Source: an uncultured virus (IMG/VR IMGVR_UViG_3300035681_000004) (Duplodnaviria > Heunggongvirae > Uroviricota > Caudoviricetes). From it: a stretch of DNA of 64,000 bases. Position 1 is the first letter of the stretch. The number at the start of each line of letters is the position of its first letter. The stretch lies in IMG/VR virus record IMGVR_UViG_3300035681_000004; one strand, 5' to 3'. Shown in pieces: positions 1-11,100 of this stretch. A program made the position numbers and the translations under genes. The notes under the pieces are model-generated. The model saw only the letters and a list, made by a program, of their open reading frames with translations, did not search any database and was not told the DNA's origin.

Positions 1-219
1 ATATTCGTCCATCAACTCTTTTGCGAGTTTCATAGAACGACGCCACATTAGATATTTTACCACAGGATTACGTGGATTGTTCAATAACCACCACTTTTGT
101 TTCTCAAAGTTAGATTTTGCTAACTTTGCAAGATAATAAAAAGCAGCAGCGACACTATCATCCGTTGCGATGAAGTATGCCACTACTGCGAATACGATAA
201 ACCAAGCATAGTAAGTCAT
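1..219 (-). CDS. Hypothetical membrane protein, truncated by window edge (MTYYAWFIVFAVVAYFIATDDS...)
   Basis: Manually read ORF; ATG overlaps stop of upstream ORF (ATGA); hydrophobic N-terminus. Confidence 0.7.
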   Translation of the reverse strand, partial: MTYYAWFIVFAVVAYFIATDDSVAAAFYYLAKLAKSNFEKQKWWLLNNPRNPVVKYLMWRRSMKLAKELMDEY

Positions 220-386
220 CGTCTTAAATTTTTTAGGTAGTCTAGCACGTGCCCACGCACTGCCATCAATTCGTGATAGCATTTCTGATTATGAGAACAT
301 TGACGAAGTTCGTGATCTGGTTTATGAACACTCTCAATAAACAGATCAAGACCACGATTCCATTTGACTTCAGGAGTTTCTTCCAT
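216..386 (-). CDS. Small hypothetical protein, 56 aa (MEETPEVKWNRGLDLFIESVHKPDHELRQCSHNQKCY...)
   Basis: Manually read ORF below track cut-off; packs tightly with neighbours. Confidence 0.75.
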   Translation of the reverse strand: MEETPEVKWNRGLDLFIESVHKPDHELRQCSHNQKCYHELMAVRGHVLDYLKNLRR

Positions 387-409
387 AATGTGTAATACTG
401 CTACACTAT

Positions 410-640
410 TTAACCGAAAAATTGTTCAACAGTTGAAGTTTTCTTTTTAGAAGCCTTAACTTGTTTTAAAATATAAGATTTAGCAGTTGCATAGTTGTTG
501 GCAGTGTGAACTTGTTCTCCGTTATGAATGATAACAAATTTCTTACCCCAAGGAACTGCTGCCCACATTCCATCCTTAGTCACATAACCATTCGGACTTC
601 CTGGTTTAGGATTAAAAATACCTTCGTTTTGGGTGTTCAT
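410..640 (-). CDS. Hypothetical phage protein, 76 aa
   Basis: ORF track; ATGA coupling to upstream ORF. Confidence 0.75.
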   Translation of the reverse strand: MNTQNEGIFNPKPGSPNGYVTKDGMWAAVPWGKKFVIIHNGEQVHTANNYATAKSYILKQVKASKKKTSTVEQFFG

Positions 641-780
641 CCAAATACCGCAGTTACACTGATAATTTTAGCCTTAGGATTACGAGCAAGTGCAGTTTGT
701 TTTGCATCTTGATAGTCACGTGCTTCAACAATTTCATCAAAGACTTTACCAGCAACAAAAAGTTGAACTTTGCAGCGCAT
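637..780 (-). CDS. Small hypothetical protein, 47 aa (MRCKVQLFVAGKVFDEIVEARDYQDAKQTALARNPKAKIISVTAVFG)
   Basis: Manually read ORF with AGGAGG upstream. Confidence 0.75.
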   Translation of the reverse strand: MRCKVQLFVAGKVFDEIVEARDYQDAKQTALARNPKAKIISVTAVFG

Positions 781-822
781 TGGGTGGATTCCTCCTGATG
801 TGTAGGTAGTTTAGCAGAAAAA

Positions 823-2058
823 TCAGCGTTTGACAACGCTGATGGCAGGTTGCCCTTGGTTGAACACGGTATCCACCACCGCTTGGACCTTCTTAGCGGT
901 GCTGATGCCCACAGAAGAGTAGACAGGAATGCAGACCAGTCCGAAGGACTTGGTGTAGTCCTGAAGGGCACCAGGGGTGATCCTGCCGCTGCTGAGACCC
1001 TCTGCATCGTCCTTATGCAGGCGAATGACCCGCCCAATGGTCTGGGAGATCCCAATGTAGTCCATCGACCGCATAAACAGCACTGCCTCCAGACCAGACA
1101 CGTTGATACCCTCAGACAGAATGCTGTGGTGCAGCACTACAAACTTCTTGTCGATGTCCTTGCCCCAAGCAGAGAGAGTGTCGAAGAACACCTCACGGTT
1201 GACCTTCTGACCGTCAATCACAGCACCAGTCTTAGACGTGATGTACATCCAGGAGAAACCACGGTCCTCCAGTTGCTTACAGAAATCAGTCTGCGAAACC
1301 AAAGAAACGATCTGCTTGGTTGCCTTGGAGCAGATCAGAACCTTGCCCACCTCCTGAGCATCAATCGTCTGAATCAGATTCTCACAGTCAACATCAGCAA
1401 CGATCTGACCTTTGGAGAGCATTTCAAACTGCTGAACAACAACTTTAGGAGGAACAATGAAACCACCGTCCACCAGTTCGGGAGCAGGAACATTGCAAAT
1501 CACGTTGCCATAAACGGCAGCGTCATTCATGCCAGGTTTGGAAACAGTAGCAGAATGCTTAGGAGTAGCAGTGAAGAAGTAGCAGCGGTCAGCAGTAGAA
1601 GCGAAGTGCTCCGTAGCAGGGAAAAAGTGACGCTGAACGCTGTTATGTGCTTCATCGAAGTAGATGGTATCAACGTGAAGATCTGCTTGCTGCAGGCGCT
1701 GCAGAGAGTTGTAGGTAGTGAAGATCAGTTGATGCTTGTAGGCACGGCGAGACCAGTTGTAGATTTCAGAAGGTTTGGTCGTACTTTGATGATGAGTTTC
1801 ACCACTATGGACGTGCAGAACAGCAGCAGTCGTGATAAACTCAAGAAACTCACTAGACAGTTGTTCTGCCAATAGAATGCGAGGAGCAACAACTACAATA
1901 GTCTTAGGAGTATCAGATTGAAACTCACGAATCGCATCAAAGATGGCAACGTTGGTCTTGCCAGAACCAGTCGGCATGATCACCTGACCAATACGATGCT
2001 GCAGCAAGGCATCCAGAGCACGTTGCTGGTGGGGACGGAGTTTAATCACTGACCTCAT
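823..2058 (-). CDS. SF2 DEAD/DEAH-like helicase (type III restriction Res-subunit family); true start may be GTG at 2049
   Basis: Q motif LRPHQ, Walker A PTGSGKT, DEAH, TATP, SEGIN, QTIGRVIR; GAGGT precedes GTG 2049. Confidence 0.9.
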   Translation of the reverse strand: MRSVIKLRPHQQRALDALLQHRIGQVIMPTGSGKTNVAIFDAIREFQSDTPKTIVVVAPRILLAEQLSSEFLEFITTAAVLHVHSGETHHQSTTKPSEIYNWSRRAYKHQLIFTTYNSLQRLQQADLHVDTIYFDEAHNSVQRHFFPATEHFASTADRCYFFTATPKHSATVSKPGMNDAAVYGNVICNVPAPELVDGGFIVPPKVVVQQFEMLSKGQIVADVDCENLIQTIDAQEVGKVLICSKATKQIVSLVSQTDFCKQLEDRGFSWMYITSKTGAVIDGQKVNREVFFDTLSAWGKDIDKKFVVLHHSILSEGINVSGLEAVLFMRSMDYIGISQTIGRVIRLHKDDAEGLSSGRITPGALQDYTKSFGLVCIPVYSSVGISTAKKVQAVVDTVFNQGQPAISVVKR

Positions 2059-2071
2059 TGCGTATAGGACT

Positions 2072-2126
2072 ATTATAGCAGAAAACCTCCCCTAGTGCGA
2101 CCCAGTGGACGGTTCTTAAAGTGTCC
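2072..2126 (-). promoter_or_regulatory. Early promoter of helicase: extended -10 (TGCTATAAT) with upstream imperfect palindrome GGACACTT-N4-AACCGTCC
   Basis: TATAAT at 2072-2077, TG extension, palindrome at 2107-2126, no good -35. Confidence 0.6.
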
Positions 2127-2133
2127 TCATATC

Positions 2134-2141
2134 AATAAATA
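2134..2141 (+). promoter_or_regulatory. T4-type late promoter AATAAATA
   Basis: Near-consensus TATAAATA 15 nt upstream of ATG 2157. Confidence 0.6.
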
Positions 2142-2156
2142 ATAGAAAAAACGGAA

Positions 2157-4310
2157 ATGGCATTAAAGACATACAAAAGAATTGGAATAAGGAGAGATAG
2201 AAACTTATCCGATGTCTCAGATCCTACCGCTTCATTGAATAATCTTTTAGATACTCTTGTTGATGATGCCAATTCAACGTTTATTTCAGAAGACTTAAAT
2301 CCCATTAGAAATATTTTTTCTAATGGATTAACAAACGATGGATATAGGCAGATTATAGGAAGTGCAGAAGTATTCACGGATTCTAATGGAGTTACTCAAT
2401 CATTTTTCCCAAGAATTACATATCAAAATCGTTTAGATAGATTTAGATCATTCTCAGGAGAACCTAGAATTAATGGAGGTGGTGGATTAACAGCAAAATA
2501 TTATGATAAAACTCAAGTTTTTGAAAATACAACAAATATTTTCTCTGGAAGCCCATTTAAAGTTGATAACTTTTGGGAAGCTGGGCAATTCACTTATAGT
2601 GGAAAAATCACTCCAGAATCATCTGACGTGAATGGTGGTGTAGAATGGGAAGGATACTTTATTCCAACAGATACAGGAGCACATACTTTTTATGTGAATG
2701 GAAGCGCACTGTTAACTGTCGATTTTCAAACTGAAGGATATGTTTCTGGTGTTGGAACATACACAGAGGCATCAAGAGTTGGTTTATCCAGTGTTTTTTC
2801 TGGTTCTGGTACTATCGACACAAACACGATTACACTAGCAAGCCCTGCAAATACAAAACATATCGGTATTGGGCAAAGTGTCTCTGCTTCGGGTATTGTT
2901 GCTGGAACAACTGTTGATTCCTATGATAGAGATAGTGGTATTATAACACTTCTACCACCTTCTGGTAGCACATATGCACTTTCTTCCAATGTAAGTGGAA
3001 ATATTACTTTCTTTAAAACAATCGGGCAAAGCACCCAAGTTTATTATACCACATATGTTCTTGAAGCTTATCAAAGATATAGAATTCGATTCAGATATTA
3101 TGTTCCACAGTCAGTGGATGCTATTAGTGCTCAGAGAAATATTAGTTTTCTTTTAAGAAGACCAGGAGGTTCATCAACTGAATTTTTAAGATATCAATAT
3201 CTTTATGATATAAATTATGATTTCAGTGATAGTTCAAAAGGTTCTTTTCCAATCTTCTTAGATAATTCAATTAATTTTGGTGGAGGTACAATCGGAGGAA
3301 CAGCAAGTTCTAATGATTATGTAAGAATTCAAACTTCTAAAAAAGTTGATGTTACCTATCAACCAAAAACATCTCTTGATGCTATAACGAAAGCAACTAC
3401 AACAGGAACAACGGTTAATTCATCAAAAGTTATAACGATTTCGAATACATCTGGAATTGAAATTGGTAATTATGTATTTGGAAATGCAATTCCAACAAAC
3501 GCACGAGTATCTCAAATTGTTATCAATAATTCAGTTATTTTAGATACGAGCGCCACAGCATCAGGAACAGAGACACTCACTTTCATTGATCATCGGGGAT
3601 TTGTTAAAAGAGCAGTTGGAAGTGGAAGTGCTGGATCGTTCACATTAAGTAGTGGTGATACAACTAATTTAAAATCTGGAATGGTAATCATTGGTTCTGG
3701 AGTTCAAGCATACACTGGAATTACAACAACAGGATCAGCATCTGCATTCACGATATCTCCTTCACAGACAGTTGGTGCAGGTACAACTGTTTATTTTTAT
3801 CAATCAAGAGGATTGATTAATAACGCACTTGATGCTTTCTGCCTTCCAGCAAATACTTCCTGTTTGATTGTTTCTTCACTCACCTCTTCTGGATCAACTG
3901 TAATTCCAGTTAATAGCACCACAGGAATTTCAAATGGTTGGACTGTTCAAGGATTCCAATTTGATTCTGGCACTACTATTTCATCTTTCACAGCAAATAG
4001 TATTACAATCAATAAACCAACAATTCGTAGTTTGATTTCAGGATCAAACTTCACCGTTACAAATGCAAGTGGTGATAGAACTTTATGCTGCCCACCAACA
4101 GATACTTCTCCACCATTTAGCCCTACTTTAGATGGACTAGAAACAGTTTCTGCATCACCAAGTCTTAAAATTCATTCTGGAAATATTGTTTTTGATGCTC
4201 TTAGAGTTGGAATTGCAAATACAATTACAACTTATAGTTCTTCTGACGTATCTGCTTGCAGATTGCCAATTCAAACACCATCAGGAACTTTTAGAATTTT
4301 ATGTACGTAG
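2157..4310 (+). CDS. Virion structural/fibre protein with PA14-like domain
   Basis: GLTAKYY...WEGYFIPTDTGAHTFYV resembles PA14; S/T/G-rich repeats; late promoter. Confidence 0.65.
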   Translation: MALKTYKRIGIRRDRNLSDVSDPTASLNNLLDTLVDDANSTFISEDLNPIRNIFSNGLTNDGYRQIIGSAEVFTDSNGVTQSFFPRITYQNRLDRFRSFSGEPRINGGGGLTAKYYDKTQVFENTTNIFSGSPFKVDNFWEAGQFTYSGKITPESSDVNGGVEWEGYFIPTDTGAHTFYVNGSALLTVDFQTEGYVSGVGTYTEASRVGLSSVFSGSGTIDTNTITLASPANTKHIGIGQSVSASGIVAGTTVDSYDRDSGIITLLPPSGSTYALSSNVSGNITFFKTIGQSTQVYYTTYVLEAYQRYRIRFRYYVPQSVDAISAQRNISFLLRRPGGSSTEFLRYQYLYDINYDFSDSSKGSFPIFLDNSINFGGGTIGGTASSNDYVRIQTSKKVDVTYQPKTSLDAITKATTTGTTVNSSKVITISNTSGIEIGNYVFGNAIPTNARVSQIVINNSVILDTSATASGTETLTFIDHRGFVKRAVGSGSAGSFTLSSGDTTNLKSGMVIIGSGVQAYTGITTTGSASAFTISPSQTVGAGTTVYFYQSRGLINNALDAFCLPANTSCLIVSSLTSSGSTVIPVNSTTGISNGWTVQGFQFDSGTTISSFTANSITINKPTIRSLISGSNFTVTNASGDRTLCCPPTDTSPPFSPTLDGLETVSASPSLKIHSGNIVFDALRVGIANTITTYSSSDVSACRLPIQTPSGTFRILCT

Positions 4311-5219
4311 AAGCAAATAATAAGTTTCTCCGTTAACAACAACTGGAATTTTATGAGTGAATGAAGTAACGGTAACTTGTGTTGCAGATTCTGTGCCAAA
4401 TCCAGTGATTCGAATATCATTTGCAAAATAAAGTTCTCCAACGGAAACAGAATCACTCATTGTGCTTAGTGCAGTACCCACTTGAGTCCAAGGATTATTA
4501 TCACTTGAGAATGCTCGTGTGTTACCGATAAAAATTCCAGGAGATTTTGCGTTTGCAAGACCTGTTGAATCAGTATTTAACTTGACTGGATCATTGATAA
4601 CCACTGATCCTTCATACTTTAAATCATCTACACTGGTTGTTATATTTTCATTTGCTTTATATTTTCTACCAATCAAATAATTTGCAGTATCATTATTCGC
4701 CTGTACTGTATCAAATATTCCAATACCTGCACCAGTATAAGAAAAGTTTGCAGTGTCTTGAACGATTGGTTGAATAAAATTAATTAAGTTTTCTTGATGA
4801 ACAGCATCTTTTCGAATAAAATAAAAGTCTGTTACAGATACAGAACTTACATTGATTGTGTTAATTCCAACTGATGATGTTGATGGAGTTGTTGAAAGTT
4901 TAAATTGATTCTGCCCGTTAGAATTACAAACAAAATAGTCTACACCAAAGAATAAGGTTGTTCCAGAACCGACATTAACAGTTTTGCTTACACCTACGAC
5001 ATCATCATTGGTGAATACAAATTGATTTGACGCACCAAAATAAAAGAATCCTGTTGAAAGACTATTATAAGAAACAGTAGATATGTTTCTTAAATTGTTC
5101 TGAATGATTCTAAGGTCATTAGCAATACCAGCACCACCTAAGTTGTTAAGTGTTGTGGTATCGTTTGTGTTTTCTTCTAGATTTAAATCTTTTCTAAATC
5201 CTTGATTCTGTATTGCCAT
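4299..5219 (-). CDS. Putative virion structural protein, 306 aa
   Basis: ORF track; shares terminal motifs with flanking proteins. Confidence 0.6.
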   Translation of the reverse strand: MAIQNQGFRKDLNLEENTNDTTTLNNLGGAGIANDLRIIQNNLRNISTVSYNSLSTGFFYFGASNQFVFTNDDVVGVSKTVNVGSGTTLFFGVDYFVCNSNGQNQFKLSTTPSTSSVGINTINVSSVSVTDFYFIRKDAVHQENLINFIQPIVQDTANFSYTGAGIGIFDTVQANNDTANYLIGRKYKANENITTSVDDLKYEGSVVINDPVKLNTDSTGLANAKSPGIFIGNTRAFSSDNNPWTQVGTALSTMSDSVSVGELYFANDIRITGFGTESATQVTVTSFTHKIPVVVNGETYYLLLRT

Positions 5220-5220
5220 A

Positions 5221-7635
5221 TTATTCGTAAGTGATACTCCAACCTCTAGATCTTAAGAATTCAATTCTATCCAAGGATATGCCACTTGGAAGAGCATTAC
5301 CACGCAAATTAATTGTAACTCCACGACGATTGACAGCAGTATAGTTAGTGAACAAATCAGAAATAATCGCATTTATCGCTTGCTGAGTTAGATTATTTCC
5401 AGAAATATCAATATATCTAATGTTATAAATTTGTGCAAATGCGCCAGGAGCATAATCTGTGAATCGATTATTAAAAAGAATCAAATAGTATAATCTTGGG
5501 CATCCTGTGAAATCTGGAATTTGCCCAGAAATTAAATTATTATGAGCATAAAAATAATATAAGTAAGGAAGATTTTCAAACTTCTGTAAGGTCGTGAATT
5601 GATTATTATAAAGATAAAGATATGTTAATCCAGAAAGGTTCTTATATGCAGGTATTGTTCCACTAAAAGCATTATAACTTAAATCTGCGTAGTAGATATT
5701 TCTATTTGCTGCAAAATTAGGTACATTTCCACTAAAGTTATTGTAATGAAGTACAAGATAGGTTAAGTTCGAACAAGCGGCAAGACTTGGGAAGTTACCT
5801 GTTGTTCTACCATAAGAAATATACCAAAGATAATATAGATTTGGAGTATAAGAAAAAGCGTTTGGATGAATTGGTGTCGTTAATAAATTACCTGACTGAA
5901 GTAGGAAATATTGAATATTTGGTGATAATTCAAATGTCTTTTCTGGAATTACATAACTAGTGTCGCCACTTATATCTCCACCAGTCAGTGATGTATATCT
6001 AAGTTCAACATAAGAAAGACTTGTATTCGTGAATTTTGGCATTGCACCAGTCAATGGCGAATTATAAAAATATAAAGTACTTAATGAACTACAACCATTA
6101 AACTTATAGACGTTGCTACCTGTGAAGATACTTCCAATATTTCTACAATAATGTGCATAAAATGTAGTTAAAGATGTTTTTGCACTTAAATCTGGGCAAG
6201 GTAATCCAGTATTGTAGATACTTACATATTGAATTTTTGTATTTGAAGATGATAAACTAAATCCAGCGTCAGTTAAGTAATAATTCCCACCCAAATCTAG
6301 TGAAATTAGATTTGTAAGATCTTTAACATTATAAGAACTTCCGCTTGTTGTCCCAAATGCTCTGAAATCATTGCCATAAACATTATAAGTTTCACAGGTA
6401 TTTGGAACATTTGGTAGAGTACAATTTGCATCATCATTATCTGGATGAAAATATGGACCACTACTTCTTGATAGATTTAGAGTTGTAAGTGTTGTGAAAC
6501 GATTACTAATTAAATTTTGTGGGATAGATCCATAAAATGTTCCACCAAGTGTTAAATTCTTAAGTCCTGTTGGTATCTTTGAAACAATATTTGAATTTAA
6601 ACTTCTTTCTGTTGAAGTCTCACTTAGATAAAAAGGATTTTGATTTAAAAATAAATTTTGTAAACTAGGTGTAACAAAAGTTAAGTCTGGAAAATTAGCA
6701 ATACTATTGCTTGCAAGATTAAAACTAGTTAAATTTTGAAACTTAACTGCAGGTATACTTGAAATATTTGCGGAGTTAATGGTTACAGATGAAACATTAT
6801 CGGGATTATAATAAAACTGAATATATCTTTCTTTTGAAATTGCAGAACGATAACGAATTGTCGATCCTTGATTTGGAAATCTTGTGAAGGAATTTGCGTT
6901 ATCTGTATCTACAATTTTCCAACTTGCTGGAGTATTATTAATTAAAGATGTGAGTTGAATATTTGCATCAAGATTTCTAAAGAACCCCGTGAATACAACG
7001 GGAATACCTTTCATTGCATAAAGAGATATTGTTCTTCCATCAATGTTACACATTATTTTATGTGTAGGAAATTCTGAATCGAATTCTTTTGCTTGAGGAA
7101 CTAGAGTTGTTTGAAGTCTTGGACCACTTACACTTGGAGACTGAGTTGAAAATTGCAGCAATCCACCAGTGATAATTCCAACTCTTGCACCATAAGAGAT
7201 TGGAGATGTGTCTAATACCGGAGAAGCACTTGAACTCCAAGCACTGACTCTTGATGTTGAAATATCTGCGATTTTAACCGTAGCAGAAGGTCCTGTTCCA
7301 TCAAGATAACGATAACGAATTGCATTACCACTTAATGCACCGTTTAGAACAATATTTCCAAATAAAGTTCGGTTAGTTCCTGCTTTTGAATCTAAAATTG
7401 AAGAATATAATTGAGAGTCATAATAAAAGCGATCAAGAGTTTTATACAGAGGATTTGTTAATCTAGAAAGACTAATCCAATCACCTCTTGTTGCACCAGC
7501 ATTCTGAGATCCTCTGATAACATCAAGATCAAGTGGTGGAAGATTTAAGGAAACAAGTGAGGTATTTCTATCCTGAACATCAGAGAGAAAGCTTAATACA
7601 TTTAAACCAAATAACTTTGGATTAGTAATTGCCAT
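5221..7635 (-). CDS. Leucine-rich-repeat protein, probably virion-associated
   Basis: Repeated LxxLxLxxNxFSGxIP motifs (e.g. LTYLVLHYNNFSGNVP, ADLSYNAFSGTIP, HNNLISGQIP). Confidence 0.8.
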   Translation of the reverse strand: MAITNPKLFGLNVLSFLSDVQDRNTSLVSLNLPPLDLDVIRGSQNAGATRGDWISLSRLTNPLYKTLDRFYYDSQLYSSILDSKAGTNRTLFGNIVLNGALSGNAIRYRYLDGTGPSATVKIADISTSRVSAWSSSASPVLDTSPISYGARVGIITGGLLQFSTQSPSVSGPRLQTTLVPQAKEFDSEFPTHKIMCNIDGRTISLYAMKGIPVVFTGFFRNLDANIQLTSLINNTPASWKIVDTDNANSFTRFPNQGSTIRYRSAISKERYIQFYYNPDNVSSVTINSANISSIPAVKFQNLTSFNLASNSIANFPDLTFVTPSLQNLFLNQNPFYLSETSTERSLNSNIVSKIPTGLKNLTLGGTFYGSIPQNLISNRFTTLTTLNLSRSSGPYFHPDNDDANCTLPNVPNTCETYNVYGNDFRAFGTTSGSSYNVKDLTNLISLDLGGNYYLTDAGFSLSSSNTKIQYVSIYNTGLPCPDLSAKTSLTTFYAHYCRNIGSIFTGSNVYKFNGCSSLSTLYFYNSPLTGAMPKFTNTSLSYVELRYTSLTGGDISGDTSYVIPEKTFELSPNIQYFLLQSGNLLTTPIHPNAFSYTPNLYYLWYISYGRTTGNFPSLAACSNLTYLVLHYNNFSGNVPNFAANRNIYYADLSYNAFSGTIPAYKNLSGLTYLYLYNNQFTTLQKFENLPYLYYFYAHNNLISGQIPDFTGCPRLYYLILFNNRFTDYAPGAFAQIYNIRYIDISGNNLTQQAINAIISDLFTNYTAVNRRGVTINLRGNALPSGISLDRIEFLRSRGWSITYE

Positions 7636-7636
7636 A

Positions 7637-8149
7637 TCAGATGGTCCTCATAATAAATGCAAGCGCATAATATGGGGGTCTGTTTTCGTGGTAGTCGTCT
7701 GCACCGGTACTATTGGTAGAATCTGGTCCAATATCATTAGTGGTTGCAAGAGCATATCTACCAGATTGACTATTAACGTTATTATTTCCAGAATATCTAG
7801 ATAATTGGTGACTGTGAGATGGCATCTCAGCAGTTGTCAGTTGATGAGCAGTTTCACCACCAGTATTTCCAGGTGCATATGCTCCACTTACAGCGCCAGT
7901 ATCAGCATTAAATGTAACTCCAGTAGAAGCGTCACTGGTTGCACCTACAATAAAACGACTTCTTAAGTCTGGAGTTCCACTCGAACCATTGCAAAGTGCC
8001 CATCCTGTGGGAATACTTGCAATAGAACCAGACCACATAATAATACCACCAATTGGAATCGTTCCATTTCCAACTAGCCCATCAGAATCTGTCAGTTCCT
8101 GTATCTGATTTGCAGCAGAATTAACAATTAAAGGTCTACGAGTTGCCAT
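7637..8149 (-). CDS. Tail collar / short tail fibre domain protein
   Basis: PIGGIIMWSGS..IPTGWALCNG..TPDLRSRF; GGETAHQLTTAEMPSHSH; NRPPYYALAFIM. Confidence 0.85.
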   Translation of the reverse strand: MATRRPLIVNSAANQIQELTDSDGLVGNGTIPIGGIIMWSGSIASIPTGWALCNGSSGTPDLRSRFIVGATSDASTGVTFNADTGAVSGAYAPGNTGGETAHQLTTAEMPSHSHQLSRYSGNNNVNSQSGRYALATTNDIGPDSTNSTGADDYHENRPPYYALAFIMRTI

Positions 8150-8173
8150 TATAATTTGTTTTTTCTTTATTTA

Positions 8174-11100
8174 TTATTGTTCTTTAAAGTTAAGACTAAC
8201 TTCAGCAGTTCCACTTCCACCACCATCAATCTTTTTAGCAGTAATAAAAGTTGCTTCAAGATTGTTGTTATCTGGTGTAATAACTCTCTTCTCTGGACCA
8301 AATATTTTTCCCATATCAATGGTTTCAGTAGAGTTTGCTCCAATATAAAGAGTGTCTCTTTCAGTATATGGTCTTAAAGATTGCTCATTTTGAACATCAA
8401 TAAGAGCAGATGATAATCTAGCTATTTCATTAAAGTTAGTTGGTGAAACTCCAGTTGTGTCAGCATTTCCATCAGCATTTGTAACTTCAATAGCATTACC
8501 AAGAATATACCACTTGGGACTAACTGTTCTTTGGAAATCTCCGATAGTTTCTTTAACAGTGATATTGTTTATCTGAGCATAATCTCTCAGTCTTGTAACC
8601 AAATAGAGAGGATATAGATTATAGTTATAAAGTTTTGTTGAGTTAACTGATCCCTCTGCTGTTATATTGATAGGTCTAATTAGAATGGTGAAATTGGACC
8701 CAGCACTTAACGTTTGATCAATTCGAATATAAGAATAAGTATCTCCACCAGAAGAATAACTACTCGTTACTCCAACAAATCTTGAATTTGTAATATTCAC
8801 CGTTCCGCCAGTTTGCAGAATTGCAATCTGACCACCATTGTAATCAATTGCTGGAAATGTTCCTTGAATTTGAACATATAGATTTCCATCACTTAAACCT
8901 GTTTGTGGGTTCACATTAAATTCATTTGCATTTGGAATCTGTAATGGATCTTCAACAATGACCGTTGCTTTTGAACAAATACCGCCAGCAGGATTTGCAA
9001 GAGATGGAATACGATAATCAATACCCATACGAATTGACGGTTGTTGTGGAGCCCAACCCTCAGCAGTTTCTACACCATCTTCATCAGCAGCAGTATAGCT
9101 ATGAGTATGCTCACCATAAAGAATATCAGAGTTTGCTAGAATTGTTGTTGTACCAACTCCAGGAATAATAAATCCGTTCAATGTATCAGGAAGTGATACA
9201 TCAGGTTTTTTATCAGTAATTCCAATTAGAAAATCTGCAAAGTGTGCATAACTGTCTCCAGAATTTGGATTCACGAATTGAATTTCAAGTGTAGATCCAG
9301 TAAATCCAAAGTCTGATGCTGCATAACAATCATAGTTACTTAATCTAATTTGATGTGGATATGTTACACCAATACCAATTGTAGTTGTAATTCCGAGAAC
9401 ACGATCATAAACAACGTTACTTGGAGATCCAATATTACGGTCAGTTAAAGAGAAACTAGCTAAACCACCAAATCCCTTCACAGTTGCAGTTTGAGTGTTC
9501 ACATTCACACTTGTAATATAAGCATTATAAATTGATGGGGCAATAATCTTAGCACCAACATCATCCGCAGTAAAAGAACTTACACCAACTGTTGTAATTG
9601 TATTTGGATCACTAAATTGAATATCCAAATATCTTCCACTTTCGGTTTTTGCAATTCCTGGTGTATAAACGTGACCAAATCCTGGGCAGGCAGTACAAGT
9701 TACAACCTTAACTTCTGTTAGTGAATCTGTGGAAACATTTAACTCTGTAGGAACAATAATCTTTTTATTCTGAATCGGAACTCCATCACGATTTAGAATA
9801 AAATCTTTCGGTGTAACTCCAAGAAGAGACTTAACTTTTGAAGAACTTATTGTTCTTTGCTTAGAACTTGCTGAATAGATTTGAGATGTTCCTTCATCAT
9901 CACCATCAATATAATAAGAAGCACCATACTTATAGATGTACTGTGGTGTTCTAACATCTCCAGTGTTTGCAACATTAAGAGCATACTTAAATCTAAAATA
10001 AGAATCTTGTAAACAAGGAGAACCTAGAGAGTTTTCAATGACTAATGTATGAATAACTACCCATCTTGCATCACCATTATCTGTAGGAATATAAGCATAG
10101 AATCTTGCACCGATAGCACCATACCAACCAAATTCAATCTTATACATTGTAACTTTTTCTGGATTCAACAAATATCCAGAAGGTCCATTTGAATTCAATG
10201 GATCACCATTGAATTTATCTCTAGGTATTTGAATAGTCCAATATAGAGTATCATCAAATGGATCTCCACTTACAATACGTGTTTGATCTGCAATAGTTAA
10301 ACCACTTCTTGCTAAAGCACTGCTTTCAAGTGGAATTGTACTTCTGCGTACAATATAAAACTGTCCAGCATCAATTTTAAAAACATATTGATCTGTTGGG
10401 TTAGAAATTCCCCATTCTAGAGTAATACCAGTAACAGGTTCTGTAGAAGATCTTAAACCAAATGTAAATCCACTAATTCTACCAGGCTGATATCTAAAAA
10501 CTCTTCTTGATTGTAGATATGCATATCTTTGATCAGAATCAGAATATCCAGGTCTAGTTGTAGTGGAATCTACATAATAATTCAAAAGTAAAATAATTGT
10601 AGTAAACGTAAAATTGTTTCCAGTTACAGGATCAACTAGAAGACTATCTTTTATATCTCTCCAGGTATCAGTCCAAGTATCAATCTGCCTAAATGCTGCT
10701 TCAGTTCCTGCAGCATAAACAACGTCTCCTCCAGAAACATAAGCAAAAGCAGGTGATAAGAACTTATCTTTCCAGTCAGATGGATATGCTGTTCCACCTG
10801 CACCATTGAAGTAATTATAAAGATCGTTTCCTAGTTGAATAAAAGTTATATATTGACTAAAGAGTGTATTGTTATACAATCCTAGTTTTTCAAACTTTGG
10901 TCCAAAGGGAAAAGAATATGGTACAGGAAACGCAGTAATTTTAATTGCAGATTCTTGAATTTCTTCAGTTCTCGTTGCATCATAACGATTTCCATAAATT
11001 TCATTTCCCCTATTATCCCAAGAACCAAAACTAACTCCAGCATCATATGAATAAAATTCAAATTCATCAGGATCTAGTCCATAAGATGAAACGTTTGAAA

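Noticed and set aside
850..1875. 341-aa plus-strand ORF
   Set aside because: Antisense shadow of the helicase; no motifs, explained by codon bias
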